DNA of 54,597 nt, from contig MCFE01000600.1 of the NCBI GenBank assembly GCA_002104905.1, forward strand, positions 1 to 54,597, written 5' to 3'. This DNA comes from Basidiobolus meristosporus CBS 931.73 (lineage: Eukaryota; Fungi; Basidiobolomycota). A program made the position numbers and the translations under genes. A model generated the notes under the pieces. The model was not told the DNA's origin. It saw nothing but the letters and a program-made list of their open reading frames with translations, and made no database searches. Numbering within the stretch: position 1 is the first letter of the stretch; each line of letters begins with the position of its first letter. Shown in pieces: positions 13,490-26,314 of this stretch.

Positions 13490-14267
13490 ATGTCTCCTTC
13501 TGACCCGGACATAGATACTCATGCGATCACGCATGATTCTCATTTGCAAAGTCAACCCAGCTTCTGAAGTCGAAGATATAGGAACCCACCACCAAACAAC
13601 TCTGACCTTGTTCGGTAGAATGGCGGTCGGTGTTCCGTAAAGCAATATCCAGTTCAACCGTATTTTTTATTCTTCATCCATTCCCCACCACGCTCTTCCG
13701 TTCTCTCCCCTCCCCTCCCCTCCCCGTATACATATCTTTATGCTTTCCTGACCTCAGACATGTAGCTTACTATTAAACTCATGGGAAAATTGGCCATTTC
13801 CAACCGCGAATCCTCGACGGGAAGCCATACCCAACCAACCAAGCACCTACCTCCTCCTAGTGAATGACTCGTATGTCGCCAGATGCTATTTTCCAACCAA
13901 CTACATAAACATCAAGATCAATCAAGCTTCGCTTGATCCACGGTTCTCCAGGAATCGACCACAGTGACAACCGTCGCGAGATCCAGATGAGTAGCCCATA
14001 AACCACAGCCATCATTGGTATTGTCTATTGCTGTTGGTGACCTCAGTGCTTTTAGTTCTAACCCCACCATTAATATGAATAATCAAGCATCCTGGAATTC
14101 GGTGCAGCATGGCGAGCCCAGTGCCGTATTGTCTGCTAACCATCTGGCACGAATAGATGGAGGTTGCGGGGGCCCTATGTCTACGGGGACTCACCAAAGG
14201 TTCAGCATCGTTCAGTCCGTTTATTCCAAATCTCAAAAATACATCAACACACCCGGGGTTGGGGGAA

Positions 14268-15638
14268 TCACTCCGAATCAAACCAAATGTACCTATCCTG
14301 TCGGATGTGGCCGACCCGGCCATTGCCAATGTAGATCCTCGCCTCGTATTTGGTATCGTTCTCGTTGGTCTCGATGACCGGGAGATCGGTGCACTCGCCC
14401 ATGCGAGGCCCATCGATTCTGAGCTCCGTCAGGTCGTCAGTGTATTGACCAACCCGGTCGAATCTGGCTCGTTGTGCGCGGTAGATCTGCATCAGCGCGA
14501 ATCTGGTTCGTGCCTCGTATGGCGGGTATGTGGTGTCGCTGTCCGGTCTCGCATCCAGAGGTAGGAACTCGATCGTGCCCCACCATTCCGGCTCCAACAC
14601 GCCCCCGGGGATGGGGGACCACGTCTGGAGGTACGGCACCTGAGGAATCAGCTTTTCCACCGCAGTACTGATGTATCTCCGACGTCTGCGCGGCTTGGGA
14701 TCCGAGCCTTCGGAGTTGGTCATAGGCGGCCAGCCAGAGCTTTGGAAGTGGAAAATAGGGGTCAGTTCTCTGAGGAAGCCCAGATGACGAGTCACATAGT
14801 AGGATGAACTGGTACGAACCGCATGAATTGGAAGCTGGAGTAGGGCGGGATGGAGTGTGGATCGCGCTTTAGCCGGTGCTTCAGAACGTTGATGGGGATG
14901 GCCCACTCGATGTTCCACAGACTCTGCGTCTCGCGGTTGGTCGCCACGTTCACTATCTTGTCTAGCCCTCCGTTGACCAGTTGGTGCACCTCGCTCGTGT
15001 TTAGTACCGCCGACTCGAACTGGTTGCTGAGTTTCCAGACGGATGGCCTTCCACCATCCATCGGGGGCTTATCGTATTGCAGAGCCCTGTAAACGCCCAG
15101 GGGGTTGATTTGGATCCGCTTCAGCTGATGGTGCGTTCGATCGGTGTCGATCAGCATCTCGAACGTGTTGTCGAATATATCTGGGGATGGGTGCGGTCAG
15201 TGGATGGCAAGGTGAGTCCAGAGAACGTGGCAGACCTACCCTGCAGCTCCGGCATCCTGGTGAGGTTTGCGATGATGAATGGGTCGAACAGCTGCGCAGC
15301 CACGTAAATGAAGTTTTCGTCCCAAAGCATCTACATGAGGGTGCAAATTCTAAGTGCGCGTTCGTCACCCCACTTCTGCTCCCAACTCCACAAACCTTGG
15401 CCCTGGTCTTCAGCTGCGTCGACGAGCTGGACTTGGACAACGCTAGGGCATCCACGAACTCCTCTGTCCAAGGAGCGACCGCCCACTCAACATCGTCGAG
15501 GCTTCCATCGATCCTCGGCGCGGTCAGGGTGGCCGGGATGGCGTAATGTTTGATTGGAGGTAAGATACACTCGCATGAGATGTGGGCGATCCAAAGGACC
15601 AGCACAACCAGGTTACAATTCAGATTCTGCAGATTCAT
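14268..15638 (-). CDS. Secreted carbohydrate-binding family 9 (CBM9)-like protein, multi-exon
   Basis: Signal-like N-terminus, then PRIDGSLDDVEWAVAPWTEEFVD...TRAK / MLWDENFIYVAAQL, EVLIDTD...IQINPLG, WNIEWAIP and WSPIPGGVLEPEWWGTIEF, the pattern of CBM9-like sugar-binding proteins. Confidence 0.7.
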
Positions 15639-16173
15639 CCTGTCGTAGACGGACTGACCATATACTTACAAATAGACCAGTGGACGGTGTAGTTAGCTTC
15701 TATTGCTCTCTACGGGAATTCGGATATGGGGTTGGCACTCGGGGATCGCAAGAGCAATGTACAGAAGGGCGAGGAAAGTAGGAGAGGAAAAGTTCTGGAG
15801 GACGGGAAGAGAAGTGATGGTTGGAGAAGAGATGGGAAACGAGGGTTCACGGGGCACTATCTATATCTCCGGAATGAAGTTCACCGGCAACACGTCTAAA
15901 CATTACCCTGAATGGCCTATGTATGGATTTTGTCATGGTGTTCGTCGCCCGCGGCTATTCGAGATGGCTTGCATGGAGCATGCATATGGTTCGTGGCTGT
16001 ACGGGATGATTTGGAAATCCAGATGCACCCGCAAGTTGATGGCCCACGGATTCCGACGAACCCGCCATATGTTGTCTATTCGTTTATTTCTCTCGAGTCT
16101 GGCGGCCAACCCGTGAGCTGAGTGCTTTTTTCGCGTACCCTTGCAGCGGTTGCACCTTGGATGCGATGGTAAA

Positions 16174-16497
16174 TCAATCATGCATGCTGCGTACCCGTTT
16201 GCCTGAGGTTTGTCCGATCTCCAGGTGCCTCTTGAAACAGCCGCAAATAATGCCGCGCTTCTCCATGCCATTACGGAGGGCTTCGTGGATCACACGAGAG
16301 GCTCGGCCGGGGTCAGAGATGAGGGGATTTTCAGGAGAATCCCAGAGTTCACCGGGTTGGCTCGGCTTGATCGGATTGGTTTCGATGGCACAGGGCGTCC
16401 GCCAAGGGGAGATGGGCATGGTACGGAGATTCGTTAAGATTCGTGTGTCCTTGATCGGTCGTCGGAACATGAATGAGGATGCGCGTATTGCGTACAA
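16174..16497 (-). CDS. Possible small hypothetical protein (Arg-rich N-terminus)
   Basis: 107-aa ORF with an N-terminus resembling a mitochondrial presequence. No homology recognised. Confidence 0.25.
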   Translation of the reverse strand: MYAIRASSFMFRRPIKDTRILTNLRTMPISPWRTPCAIETNPIKPSQPGELWDSPENPLISDPGRASRVIHEALRNGMEKRGIICGCFKRHLEIGQTSGKRVRSMHD

Positions 16498-17350
16498 CCA
16501 GGAGTCACCGATGGATGCTGTTGCTTTCTGCTCACGGTTCTGTGGAATCCAAGATGCTCCACTAGTGAGGCTGTGCGAAGAGCGACCCTAGGCTGGATTC
16601 ACCAATCGACCAGCAGCTAGCGGTCAGGTCTAAGGCTACCCATGGTGAGACTGGCTAGATTGGCCGCTTGCACCTATCAGCATCCAAACAACATCCAAAC
16701 TAGCATGATGCACCCATGGCACTCATACGCATGGGACTGCTGTAGATCAAAATCAAGGTTTTCGGATTGGGGGCGACCGCGAGTGGCCATGAACCAAGAA
16801 TCGAGTGGCCACATCCAGTAAGGACTGTCCATCCCGCAGATGTCTGCTCACGAGGTTTGAGCCGACCTTCGTGCACTGTACGAGCCGTAGTGGCGGAGGT
16901 TACCAATCCTGTGCGGCCCATGCTCAGCAGCGTCGTGTACGCTTGGCACCCAAACCTCCGCTAATCCCGCCAATGGCCGCCCTGGTCTCAACAATGGTGC
17001 GCCAGCCAGTAGGAATGCTGGATGGTGGGCCGGCTCGCGACTTGATTGATGGTTGGCGACTAGAAATGCTGCTAACTAGATGGATGGACGCGGTGGATGC
17101 TGCCTGGTGGGCTGGACCCTGTTGGGTGTTCGTGCTTTGCACATGCGACAATGAAACCAAGGCCCAGCGGAAATCGGGGCGATCCGATCTCAGATGGGGC
17201 GTTCCCTGCCTTCTATTTAAAGGTGGAGCTGAACTCTGGGATATCCAAGGCATAATCTAGTGAACCTGGCTAATCATTGTGGGTGAGTAAGGGACTCGGC
17301 TATCTACGGGTGCCAATTAACTGACTAAGGACCTGAAGAAGCGCTCATTG

Positions 17351-17581
17351 ATGCCAGTATTCCAACTGCCAAGCTTCTTATTCGGGACGAACGTAAAGAA
17401 AAGTAACCAGCAGTATCTACATCGTGGTCAGTCAATCTCCAAGCAGGAATATGACTACCACAAGGCCCTCACCGACCGCTATTGTATCATGCTTGAATAC
17501 TACAATAGACGCCGCCAGTTCGGAGACCACTCTGTCGGTAAGTCTGCTTACCTGATGGAACTTAATCCTTGGTCTTTATAA
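17351..17581 (+). CDS. Small hypothetical protein A (shares a 29-aa motif with the ORF at 17991..18284)
   Basis: ATG at 17351. Contains YLHRGQSISKQEYDYHKALTDRYCIMLEY. Possible intron 17538-17582, which would move the stop to 17611. Confidence 0.55.
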   Translation: MPVFQLPSFLFGTNVKKSNQQYLHRGQSISKQEYDYHKALTDRYCIMLEYYNRRRQFGDHSVGKSAYLMELNPWSL

Positions 17582-17990
17582 GCGCTCTTGGCGTTCTGTC
17601 GGAGTAGGTGATCGCTTCCTCTGTTTAATCCCTGACCGGAATCTTTCCTCATCTCCACATCTTACATAACAATAAAACCTTAACACAACGAAGGCTACGA
17701 GTCTGTGCTTCCACCGACCAACGCATCGGTTGGTCTGTCAAACGTCGCTTTCATGAGGTAGACCAATAGTGCTTTTATTCCGTCGAACTCTCTTCTAGCC
17801 GAGGAGTAGAGGTGTGCACAATGATAGTCAAGATTAGTTTGGGCAGCCAAGGGGCAGTAAAGCCGTAAAAGGAGAAGAGTATAGAGTCAGAACCATCGAT
17901 GGGGAGGGGTGGGACGGATATCCGTAGGTGTAGACGGGCCTCAGGGAAAGAATGTACATAACGCTGGAATCAGAGACCCGGCCGACCAAT

Positions 17991-18284
17991 TCAGCGTTCG
18001 TTGGAGCGAGTGCTCTGAGAGTGGTGCTTCGTGGAATTCGCGGGCCGTGATTCTCTTTGAGGGCTTTCGAGAAAGTTGGCATGTGGGTTGTAGGCTAACA
18101 TGGTGCGGTGCTGTTGGCTGACCCATCGATGATACATATACTCCTCCTTGGATATGACATGGCCCTGGTGGCTGTAAAGCTGGGATGCGTTCGATGGGCA
18201 TTCAGCCTTTTCATCGATCCTGGTATGGCTTTCAGAGGGGGCTTTCTCATCGGAAGGGTTAAACCGTGGTAGTAGTAGAAACAT
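17991..18284 (-). CDS. Small hypothetical protein B (paralogue of protein A)
   Basis: ATG at 18284 within ORF 17991..18419. Contains YSHQGHVISKEEYMYHRWVSQQHRTMLAY, 13/29 identical to protein A without gaps. Confidence 0.55.
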   Translation of the reverse strand: MFLLLPRFNPSDEKAPSESHTRIDEKAECPSNASQLYSHQGHVISKEEYMYHRWVSQQHRTMLAYNPHANFLESPQRESRPANSTKHHSQSTRSNER

Positions 18285-19218
18285 AGGATATACTGAACAG
18301 GTGCTCAAGGGGAGTATGCAATAGGGCTTGGGTTGCGGACTGTGATGCCCAGGTGGGCCATGCAAGAGGTTTAAATGGAGATGGATGGGCCAACATCGAT
18401 GCATCGGAGCAGTTGGCATCTCCAGAATCGTATTGTGACGAAAACCGCCGCTTGGAACCTCGGTGGATCCATGAAAATCATCCTGATTCCTGATTCATCG
18501 CTGCAGAGATTCGCGAGATCTGTTTGAAAACAAAGGGAGAGCCTCTTCACCTGCCCCTTGCGTTACGTCAAAACGAGATCCTCAATGGTGTATCCAATCC
18601 GGCCATCCTGACCCGTTCTGGCCTATTCACCCCCAGGTCCCGAGGAATATCCAGGCGAGATGTACGGCACTGCATGGATTGAATGGCCTGGCTTACTTGC
18701 CGTTTCAAAAATCGTCACAATGACTTCATGGCGCTTGGTGCGCAGTCCCGTCATCTCCTGAGCATAGCCATTTACCAGTCCAATTGCCCGATCCAATCAT
18801 AAAGTCGCTCTTATGGAATCCGGCTGCACGCACCATCCTGCGCCAGATTGTCCGAGCCTCCCACCAGGCTTTTGCTCAACTCCATGCTCCACTCTGCTGC
18901 GCAAGAATGGCACCGGAAGTTCCAGCCAAGGCCCCGCGCTCGCCCTGGCTATTCGGCCCCCGCCGGTTTGGACATCAAGAAAGGCTGATTTATTTCATTA
19001 ACATCTAGGTATACAAGAAGGGGCAAGGGACACTAGATGATTGAGCCACCGGTGTCGATTCGGTGGTTCGTGCGAGTGAATGTATAGTAACATTGCATGA
19101 GTGAGAACTCACCCAGCAAATAGATTGGTTGGAAAAAGGGTTATGAACGTCAACGAAAGAGTATGATTACAGAGAAGAGTTGATTCCAACCAACGACTTG
19201 CACCCACGTAGCTATGCT

Positions 19219-20568
19219 TTACAGCTCCTCCTCCGGAAGCTCTTCTTCGTACCCATATTCCTCTTCCTCATACTCCTCGGCGGTGGCGTCTTGGTATTGC
19301 TGGTATTCGGATATGAGATCGTTCATATTCGACTCGGCTTCAGTAAACTCCATCTCATCCATACCCTCCCCAGTGTACCAGTGCAAGAAAGCCTTGCGGC
19401 GGAACATCACGGTAAACTGCTCCCCGATCCGCTTGAACAACTCCTGGATGGAGGTCGAGTTACCAACGAAAGTGGCGGACATCTTAAGGCCCTTTGGGGG
19501 GATATCACACACAGAAGTCTTGATGTTGTTGGGGATCCATTCAACAAAGTAGCTGCTATTCTTGTTTTGAACGTTGATCATTTGGTTCTCGACCTCCTTG
19601 GTGGACATGCGGCCACGGAACATCGCAGCAACTGTAAGGTAACGACCATGGCGAGGGTCTGAGGCAGCCATCATGTTCTTAGAATCAAACATTTGTTGTG
19701 TGAGCTCAGGGACGGTGAGTGCCTGATACCCTGCTGAGCCACGGGAGGTCAAGGGAGCAAACCCGACCATGAAGAAATGGAGACGAGGGAAAGGAACCAT
19801 ATTAACCGCCAATTTACGTAGGTCCGCATTCAGTTGACCAGGGAAACGAAGGGAAGTTGTGGTGCCACTCATCACATTCGAGACAAGATGATTCAAATCA
19901 TCGTAGGAGGGGGTGGTGAGCTTCAAGGTACGGAAGCAAATATCATACAGGGCTTCGTTATCGATGCAGAAAGTCAGGTCGGAGTTCTCCACCAATTGGT
20001 GAACCGAAAGAGTGGCATTATACGGCTCGACGACAGTGTCCGAGACTTTGGGTGAAGGCACAACCGAGAAGGTACACATCATGCGGTCGGGATACTCTTC
20101 GCGGATTTTCGAGATGAGAAGGGTGCCAAGGCCGGAGCCGGTGCCACCACCAAGAGAGTGGGTGATTTGGAAACCTTGAAGGCTGTCGCAGCCTTCGGCT
20201 TCCTTGCGAACGACATCTAATACAGACTCCACCAATTCAGCGCCTTCAGTATAATGACCTTTGGCCCAATTGTTACCGGCACCGTTCTGGCCGTAAATGA
20301 AGTTGTCGGGACGGAAGAGCGCGCCAAGATTACTGGCACGAATGTTATCCATGGTACCAGGCTCTAAATCTACCAGCACTGCACGGGGGACATATTTGCC
20401 GTTCGCGGCTTCGTTGTAGTAGACATCTATCCTATCGAGCTGGAGATCAGAGTCTCCGTGGAAAGCACCGTCGCCAGCAATCCCGTGCTCCTCAGATATG
20501 GTATCCCAGAACTGATTACCAATCTGGTTACCGCACTGGCCTGTTTGAATGTGGACGATCTCTCTCAT
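19219..20568 (-). CDS. TUB2: Beta-tubulin (intronless, 449 aa)
   Basis: MREIVHIQ start, GGGTGSG motif, [14 protein letters not shown], acidic C-terminal tail. Confidence 0.99.
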   Translation of the reverse strand: MREIVHIQTGQCGNQIGNQFWDTISEEHGIAGDGAFHGDSDLQLDRIDVYYNEAANGKYVPRAVLVDLEPGTMDNIRASNLGALFRPDNFIYGQNGAGNNWAKGHYTEGAELVESVLDVVRKEAEGCDSLQGFQITHSLGGGTGSGLGTLLISKIREEYPDRMMCTFSVVPSPKVSDTVVEPYNATLSVHQLVENSDLTFCIDNEALYDICFRTLKLTTPSYDDLNHLVSNVMSGTTTSLRFPGQLNADLRKLAVNMVPFPRLHFFMVGFAPLTSRGSAGYQALTVPELTQQMFDSKNMMAASDPRHGRYLTVAAMFRGRMSTKEVENQMINVQNKNSSYFVEWIPNNIKTSVCDIPPKGLKMSATFVGNSTSIQELFKRIGEQFTVMFRRKAFLHWYTGEGMDEMEFTEAESNMNDLISEYQQYQDATAEEYEEEEYGYEEELPEEEL

Positions 20569-21250
20569 ACTTCAGAAGGGTTGGTTGAACGGAGCAAAAA
20601 GCGTGTGCAGGTAGAGCAAGTGATGGATGTGGAACACACAGCTTCAAATGCAAGGCGTAGGTGAGGAATCCAACAACATTTATTCCTCTCGGATCTTATT
20701 TGTTTTCCATATTCTTAAAATACATTAGGAGGACCTCGTTGCTTCACACGCCGCACAAGCATTCACACCAATGAATCAGTTACTTGTACCAGTCGGCCCA
20801 ATCAGTCCAGATGCTGGCCATCTTGATCATTCTCAGTTCTTGGAGCTCGACATCTGGGGATCAATATAGTTGCTCACTGACTGCGTGACAATGAGACAAG
20901 ATGCTCGCTTGAGTCGTCTCGAACCAGCCAATGAGGTGATTGTTCTCAGGAATTGCATGACGGGCGATTTGGTGGGCATTTGGATGATATTCATGTGTCT
21001 CGAATCGTACGTACAACGCCGAACCTAGACCTGTCCTCTTGGTCCGTGTTCAGACTTCTGGTGCGCGTGGGGATTGATAACGGTTGACCGTATGCTCAGC
21101 GTCTCTGGGAACCTGGTCGGCCACCTCAGTCTCCCTTCGGCACGCTATCCATCGCCCCCTTACTGTGCATCCGGCTCTGAAGCCACCAGACATCTCCCAG
21201 ATCTTTGCGGAATGCGGCGAGGAGGATTGGGGATAAATTGAGCTACACAA

Positions 21251-22223
21251 ATGTCGTCTGCACACAGCTTACCTGATAACGCTTACGTGCTGGCCCTTCG
21301 CACACGCACAGCATGCCTATTCTTCACGACATGGCCTGGAAATTTGTACCACATCATTGCGGCCTCCCCATCATCTGCTACCAATGCCCACGTAACAACC
21401 AGGCAGAAAGCTTGTTGCAGGTGGCATAATGGGTACATAATATAAATTCCATGGATTAATGTTGCCTCGTCAAAGACCATTCGGCAATCCGAGATTTCGC
21501 CTGTTCTCAAGGGCGATTTTTCAAGAGCAGGCTGCCATGAGGCACCCAATTTCATTCACCGAGAATGATTCGATGTGTGCGTGTGTGGTGCGGAATGGTT
21601 CTTTGCTGAAGGATCTTATGACTGCAATCACACCATCCAACCGGAACCTGTATAATCCAGGACGAGTTGCATTTTCAAGGTGTCCGCTGTTCCGACTCCG
21701 TCTGGCATGTGTTACAATCATTAGAACCAGCACCTGTTCCTGTCAAACTGGTTCGGCACCAAGACTCCATTCCTTTGGATGCAGGTTCTACCACAGCTGG
21801 CTTCTATATTTCTGTCACTCGTGCCGATGGTACCGTCAGCTTCTCTCAAGCAAGGCGCGCAGTAGGTCTATCTAGCTTGATGCATCTATTTACCAGCAGG
21901 AGAATTGGCCCCGCAAATATTTCAGAAGACGCTCATGACGGCCCACTTACATGGCTAAGGCTAGAGACGGATAGATGGTATTGTCGTATATTTGCTCCAC
22001 ACGCATTCATTTGCACTGGCTTCTTCGCGGCGGTTCCAATGAGTACCGCGGCATTCCGACCGTCATCCTCGCTGAGAGGCACAGATACAACTCGGCGTTC
22101 TCACCATCAGCAAGCTCGCTTATCATCGATATCAATCATGTATCGGTAGAGAATTCTATGTACCGTGTGACACGTGGTTTGGAATGCCCTATCGTCGACT
22201 GGAGTGATCTGAAGATTGGGTGA
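21251..22223 (+). CDS. Possible multi-exon hypothetical gene; model unresolved
   Basis: Consecutive + strand ORFs (21251, 21459, 21667, 21975) with plausible GT-AG junctions, e.g. 21421-21475. No family recognised. Confidence 0.25.
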
Positions 22224-22478
22224 CACTTCAGTTTGAGCAAGGATGTGGAATGTGCAAATCTGATTCGACACAACGTGCGGATACCATCCAGGCTTTGGCT
22301 GTACATAATATAGGTCTTAATAACAGTCAAGGGTCAACGTTCCTGGAGTTCACTCAAGTGGTACAGATCTTGGCCTTCTCGTGCATGCCCCTCCTGTCAT
22401 AGCAACCAAGCCCGCGCAGAAATTATAAAAAGGAGGCGCGTGCATTTGCCATAGCAGATTACTTGCCAAGTACAGGTC

Positions 22479-23390
22479 ATGCCAGCTAACAAAACCATAG
22501 CAATCATTGGGAGTGGTGCGGTTGGTGCATCCATTGCCAGCGCGCTAATTCTCCGCAATGTGTCCTCCACCGTGCTCATGGTGGACATCGATGACAAGGT
22601 TGCCGAAGGGCAGACGCTGGATCTCACCGATTCACTCTTCCTGTCCTCCTCCCACGTCAAAGTGGGAACGTACAAAGAGGCTGGACAAGCGGATATCATT
22701 GTGATTACAGCAGGTGCCAACCAGAAGCCAGGCGAGACTCGGCTACAGCTGATAGAAAAGAACTGTACCATTTTACAAAGTGTCATTACCCGCATGTCCC
22801 CCATCAATCCCAGCTCCAAAATCCTGCTGGTTGCCAATCCCGTCGATATTCTAGCCCACATCACCCAAAGAATCTCTGGCCTGCCCCATAGACAGGTTTT
22901 CGGCTCTGGCACTTTCCTGGATTCTGGCCGTCTGCGCTCGGTGCTCGCGCGTAAGCTTGGGGTCAGTGATGTTGCGATCCATTGCTATGTATTGGGCGAA
23001 CACGGGGACAACCAATTCGTCGCCTGGTCGTCAGCATCGGTGGGAGGTGTCCCGCTTCTGGAGTTCCCACAGATGGAGAACATCGACCGGGAAGCCCTGG
23101 CGAAGGAGGTGAGACGTAAGGCCTACGAGATAATCGAACTAAAGGGGGCCACGTATTACGGGATTGGTGCATGCGTGTCATCCTTGTGCGAAAGCATGCT
23201 CTATCATCGCTGCGATGTGCGGCCGGTGTCTTGCTGGAATGAGAAGTATCAATGCTACGTGTCGGTGCCAGCTGTCATCGGGATGAATGGAATTGAGGAC
23301 ATCATTGATATCCGACTAAACGAGGAAGAAACAAAAAACATGGCCAAAGCGGTCGACGCCATGCGCCAGGCAGTTGGCCAGTACATTTAG
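22479..23390 (+). CDS. ldh: L-lactate dehydrogenase (intronless)
   Basis: GxGAVG Rossmann motif, ITAGANQKPGETRL (Gln at the LDH/MDH specificity position), NPVD, GSGTFLDSGR, GEHGD, KGATYYGIG. Confidence 0.95.
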   Translation: MPANKTIAIIGSGAVGASIASALILRNVSSTVLMVDIDDKVAEGQTLDLTDSLFLSSSHVKVGTYKEAGQADIIVITAGANQKPGETRLQLIEKNCTILQSVITRMSPINPSSKILLVANPVDILAHITQRISGLPHRQVFGSGTFLDSGRLRSVLARKLGVSDVAIHCYVLGEHGDNQFVAWSSASVGGVPLLEFPQMENIDREALAKEVRRKAYEIIELKGATYYGIGACVSSLCESMLYHRCDVRPVSCWNEKYQCYVSVPAVIGMNGIEDIIDIRLNEEETKNMAKAVDAMRQAVGQYI

Positions 23391-23687
23391 CCAGAACGAT
23401 TTCTTGTCCAGGTCGCAACTGGGTATTGCAGTGTTCGGCTGATGAATCGTTATCGAGGCTAGCACCCACATCACATCTCCACCATAAATTGATAGATCAC
23501 CCAGAGGAATAAAGCCAATGTCGATACCAAACCCATGATCTGCTGCGCTTCCACATGTCTCGCATCACCCCAAAATACTATCACTAATTGCAGTGCATAC
23601 CACACAAGGGTCGGTCTCTCTTGGCCAATCGATGTCCCTGGTGGGCAACCTCATTGATTTGTAATGTCCAAATGCCATTCTGGTTGC

Positions 23688-23779
23688 GGATCAAGATCTG
23701 GATAATTTATCTTATATTGGACGTCGATTGTGAGGATCAAGATCTGGATGATTTGTCTTGTATTGGACACCGATTGTGG
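23688..23779. repeat. Two-copy 46-bp tandem duplication
   Basis: GGATCAAGATCTGGATAATTTATCTTATATTGGACGTCGATTGTGA at 23688 and a near-identical copy at 23734. Confidence 0.8.
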
Positions 23780-24481
23780 AGATGTCATGCAGAGCCATTT
23801 CCTTAGCAATCTGCGCCCTAGAGCTACGCCATTGGACGGTTCGAGAAGACACGATCTACATTCTCGAGCCAAGCAAGGTGTGAAGAGGAGGCCATGGTGG
23901 GTTGTTGCCAGCCTTGCCGGAGTGTGCAATTACATGTATGGCTCCGCTACTAAGGCTGACAGACTTCCGTCTCCTCCAGCCAGACATGCCGCCGCCATTT
24001 CCGCGTTGTGGCCATCTTTGCGTTTCTTCGCGGCTAAATTGGATATTTTAGGTTCATATCGGTCAGCATGCATCTCATAGTCTAACCCAAACTCAATTTG
24101 GACTTCAGGATCCTCACATATTTGATAAGGTATGGTAGTGTAAGCACCATTCTCAGATCAAACTTCCATTTGCTATGATTATACTGAGAGTTGCTCTGTC
24201 GACGAGCTCTGATTGGATCTTTTCTTCCAGTGAGATGTCATGATCATGGCCGTTGAGGGGTTGACAGGCTTATCGCACTAAGGCACTGAAATTTTGGCGA
24301 TATTAGTAAATGAAGTGTCTGACGCCGAATAATGATGCGCTCCCTTATAAGCGTGATGGAGTCCATCTTTTAACATCATTTTTCCACCACTCCTTTGTAT
24401 TTTGTTAGACTGCCCGTTCCAAACATTTATCCATCCCACCCCACCTTTCTGCATTGTCCACGGTGAATCAGCCCGAGCACG

Positions 24482-25467
24482 ATGAGGAAAACCTTCAATT
24501 TAGCCGAGTTTCCAACCAAAGACACTGTCGACATCCTGGGGAACTTTCTGGTTTACCTTGTTGACGCCAACGATCCCGTGCCCCACTCAGCAGATCCTGC
24601 TGGGCCGCCGAAGCCTCCATCATACACACCTTTTCATGCCAAGAGGCTCCCGAATATCACCATTCATCTGTATCTGAGCCGAATCTTAAAATACTGCCCT
24701 TGCAATAATGAATGCTTTATCGCGATATTGATATATTTCGACCGAATGACCAAATTCTACAACCAAGTCCATCCCCACAAGCGGCCATTCACTATTGATG
24801 CCTACAACGTTCATAGGCTAGTTATCGTTGGCATCATGATCGCCTCCAAATTCTTTTCCGATGTATACTACACAAATGTTCGGTATGCAAAGGTATGTAT
24901 AGAACCTACTGTCGCTTTAAAATTGATGGACTCATGGAGCTTTCTGTGCAGGTCGGAGGACTCCCGGTCAAAGAGCTGAACAACTTGGAGCTCGAATTCC
25001 TGTATCTGGTTCAGTATCAAGTTAACGTCGGAGTGCCGGAGCTTCAGGCTTATGCGGACCAGTTGCTGAATTACTCCAGCTGCAACAAAATGGCATTCAC
25101 CCTGGACCGTGACGAGAAGCTGCCGAAATTGTTAATAGGCAGCCAACCCGTCTCAACCACGTCCGTATCGGATGTACATGCCTTGAGAACTGATACAGTC
25201 CACGGGTCGAGAGGGAATATCCTAGAGCGAAATCTGTCTCCGGAGTGTGCTGAAGAGTGTAAGCGATCAGTCAAATCGCTAGCGAGCTTCAGAACATGCG
25301 ATTCCCTAACTCGTTCGCCTCTTGGTAAGCCCTCTGAGGATTTGCAGGCCAAACAGCGACGCAACGAATGGCCTCACAAGTCTCTAAATCATTGGTGTCA
25401 TAATAGATTTCCGTCTCCACGAACATCCGAAGGAGAAATGATTGGCCACGCCTCTTCAGTATATTAG
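24482..25467 (+). CDS. PHO80/PCL6-PCL7 family cyclin (Pho85 cyclin), one intron ~24894-24951
   Basis: FHAKRLPNITIHLYLSRILKYCPC...LIYFDRM...NVHRLVIVGIMIASKFFSDVYYTNVRYAK|VGGLPVKELNNLELEFL. Confidence 0.92.
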
Positions 25468-26314
25468 CTGGCAAGTGAAATGCTCCAGGCTACTACGGTG
25501 GGCCTAGGCATAGGTTTCGGGGGATCAATCTTGTTTGCTTCAGGCACTCTATCTGAAGGATTGGGCAGGATTGACCGGTGGCTTATTGGCTCATGCCATG
25601 TGTGCATCCCTCGCTGATCATTCATATGTATAATACAGGATCATACATGCTTTGCCACTGACCAGGTGTGGTGACCTGTCACAAACCACCTTTGACTCTT
25701 CGGTCACCAGGGCCAGGGCCAGGACCAATACAGCAGTAGACATCATGGCCATATTTTCTTTCGTTTCCATTCACAGGGATCAATGACTGTATGACCTGTC
25801 CCTAGTCCAATGGACAGAATTCAAGTCTGTAGCTGTTTGCTTTATTTGTAAATTGGTCTATTCCGGATTAGAAATGATGGTTGTATTTTACATCAGCCTG
25901 CTTACATTCATGCGGGGACAATACAATCCCGAAATAGGTTAATGTACATAAATGTGGGTAGATGGACCTGTGCATCAACAACAAATTCGGCCAAGTGAGC
26001 TTATGATCTTGTTGCGTGTGATAGGTTGTGTTGAATGTTAGTACTAGACTATTTCTGAATGCCACTTTTTTGACCGGGAATCTGCGGTTTGTTCTTGTTG
26101 GTGCGCAAACAACATAATGTCTTAGGTTGTTTACAAAGAAGGATCCTGAACATGTAGATACCAAATTTACCAATAAACAATTGCAAGAGCTTATCAGAAA
26201 AGCGGAATAGACACCACGTAGCCTAGACTACAAATATTCATACAATTTCAGTGAAAGAAGTGCATGTACAATAATAAAGATATGTAGATATCCCTATGAA
26301 AAAATATTAAGAAA

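Noticed and set aside
19042-19068. 9-bp hairpin downstream of beta-tubulin (and a 7-bp hairpin at ~17716-17735)
   Set aside because: Isolated hairpins of this size are expected by chance, and there is no second copy or covariation.
19180-19662. Long antisense or overlapping ORFs opposite tubulin, SEY1, PDI, LDH and the YGPFRR gene (e.g. 19180..19662, 5602..5901, 33423..33791)
   Set aside because: Shadow ORFs caused by codon bias on the opposite strand, with no independent motifs.
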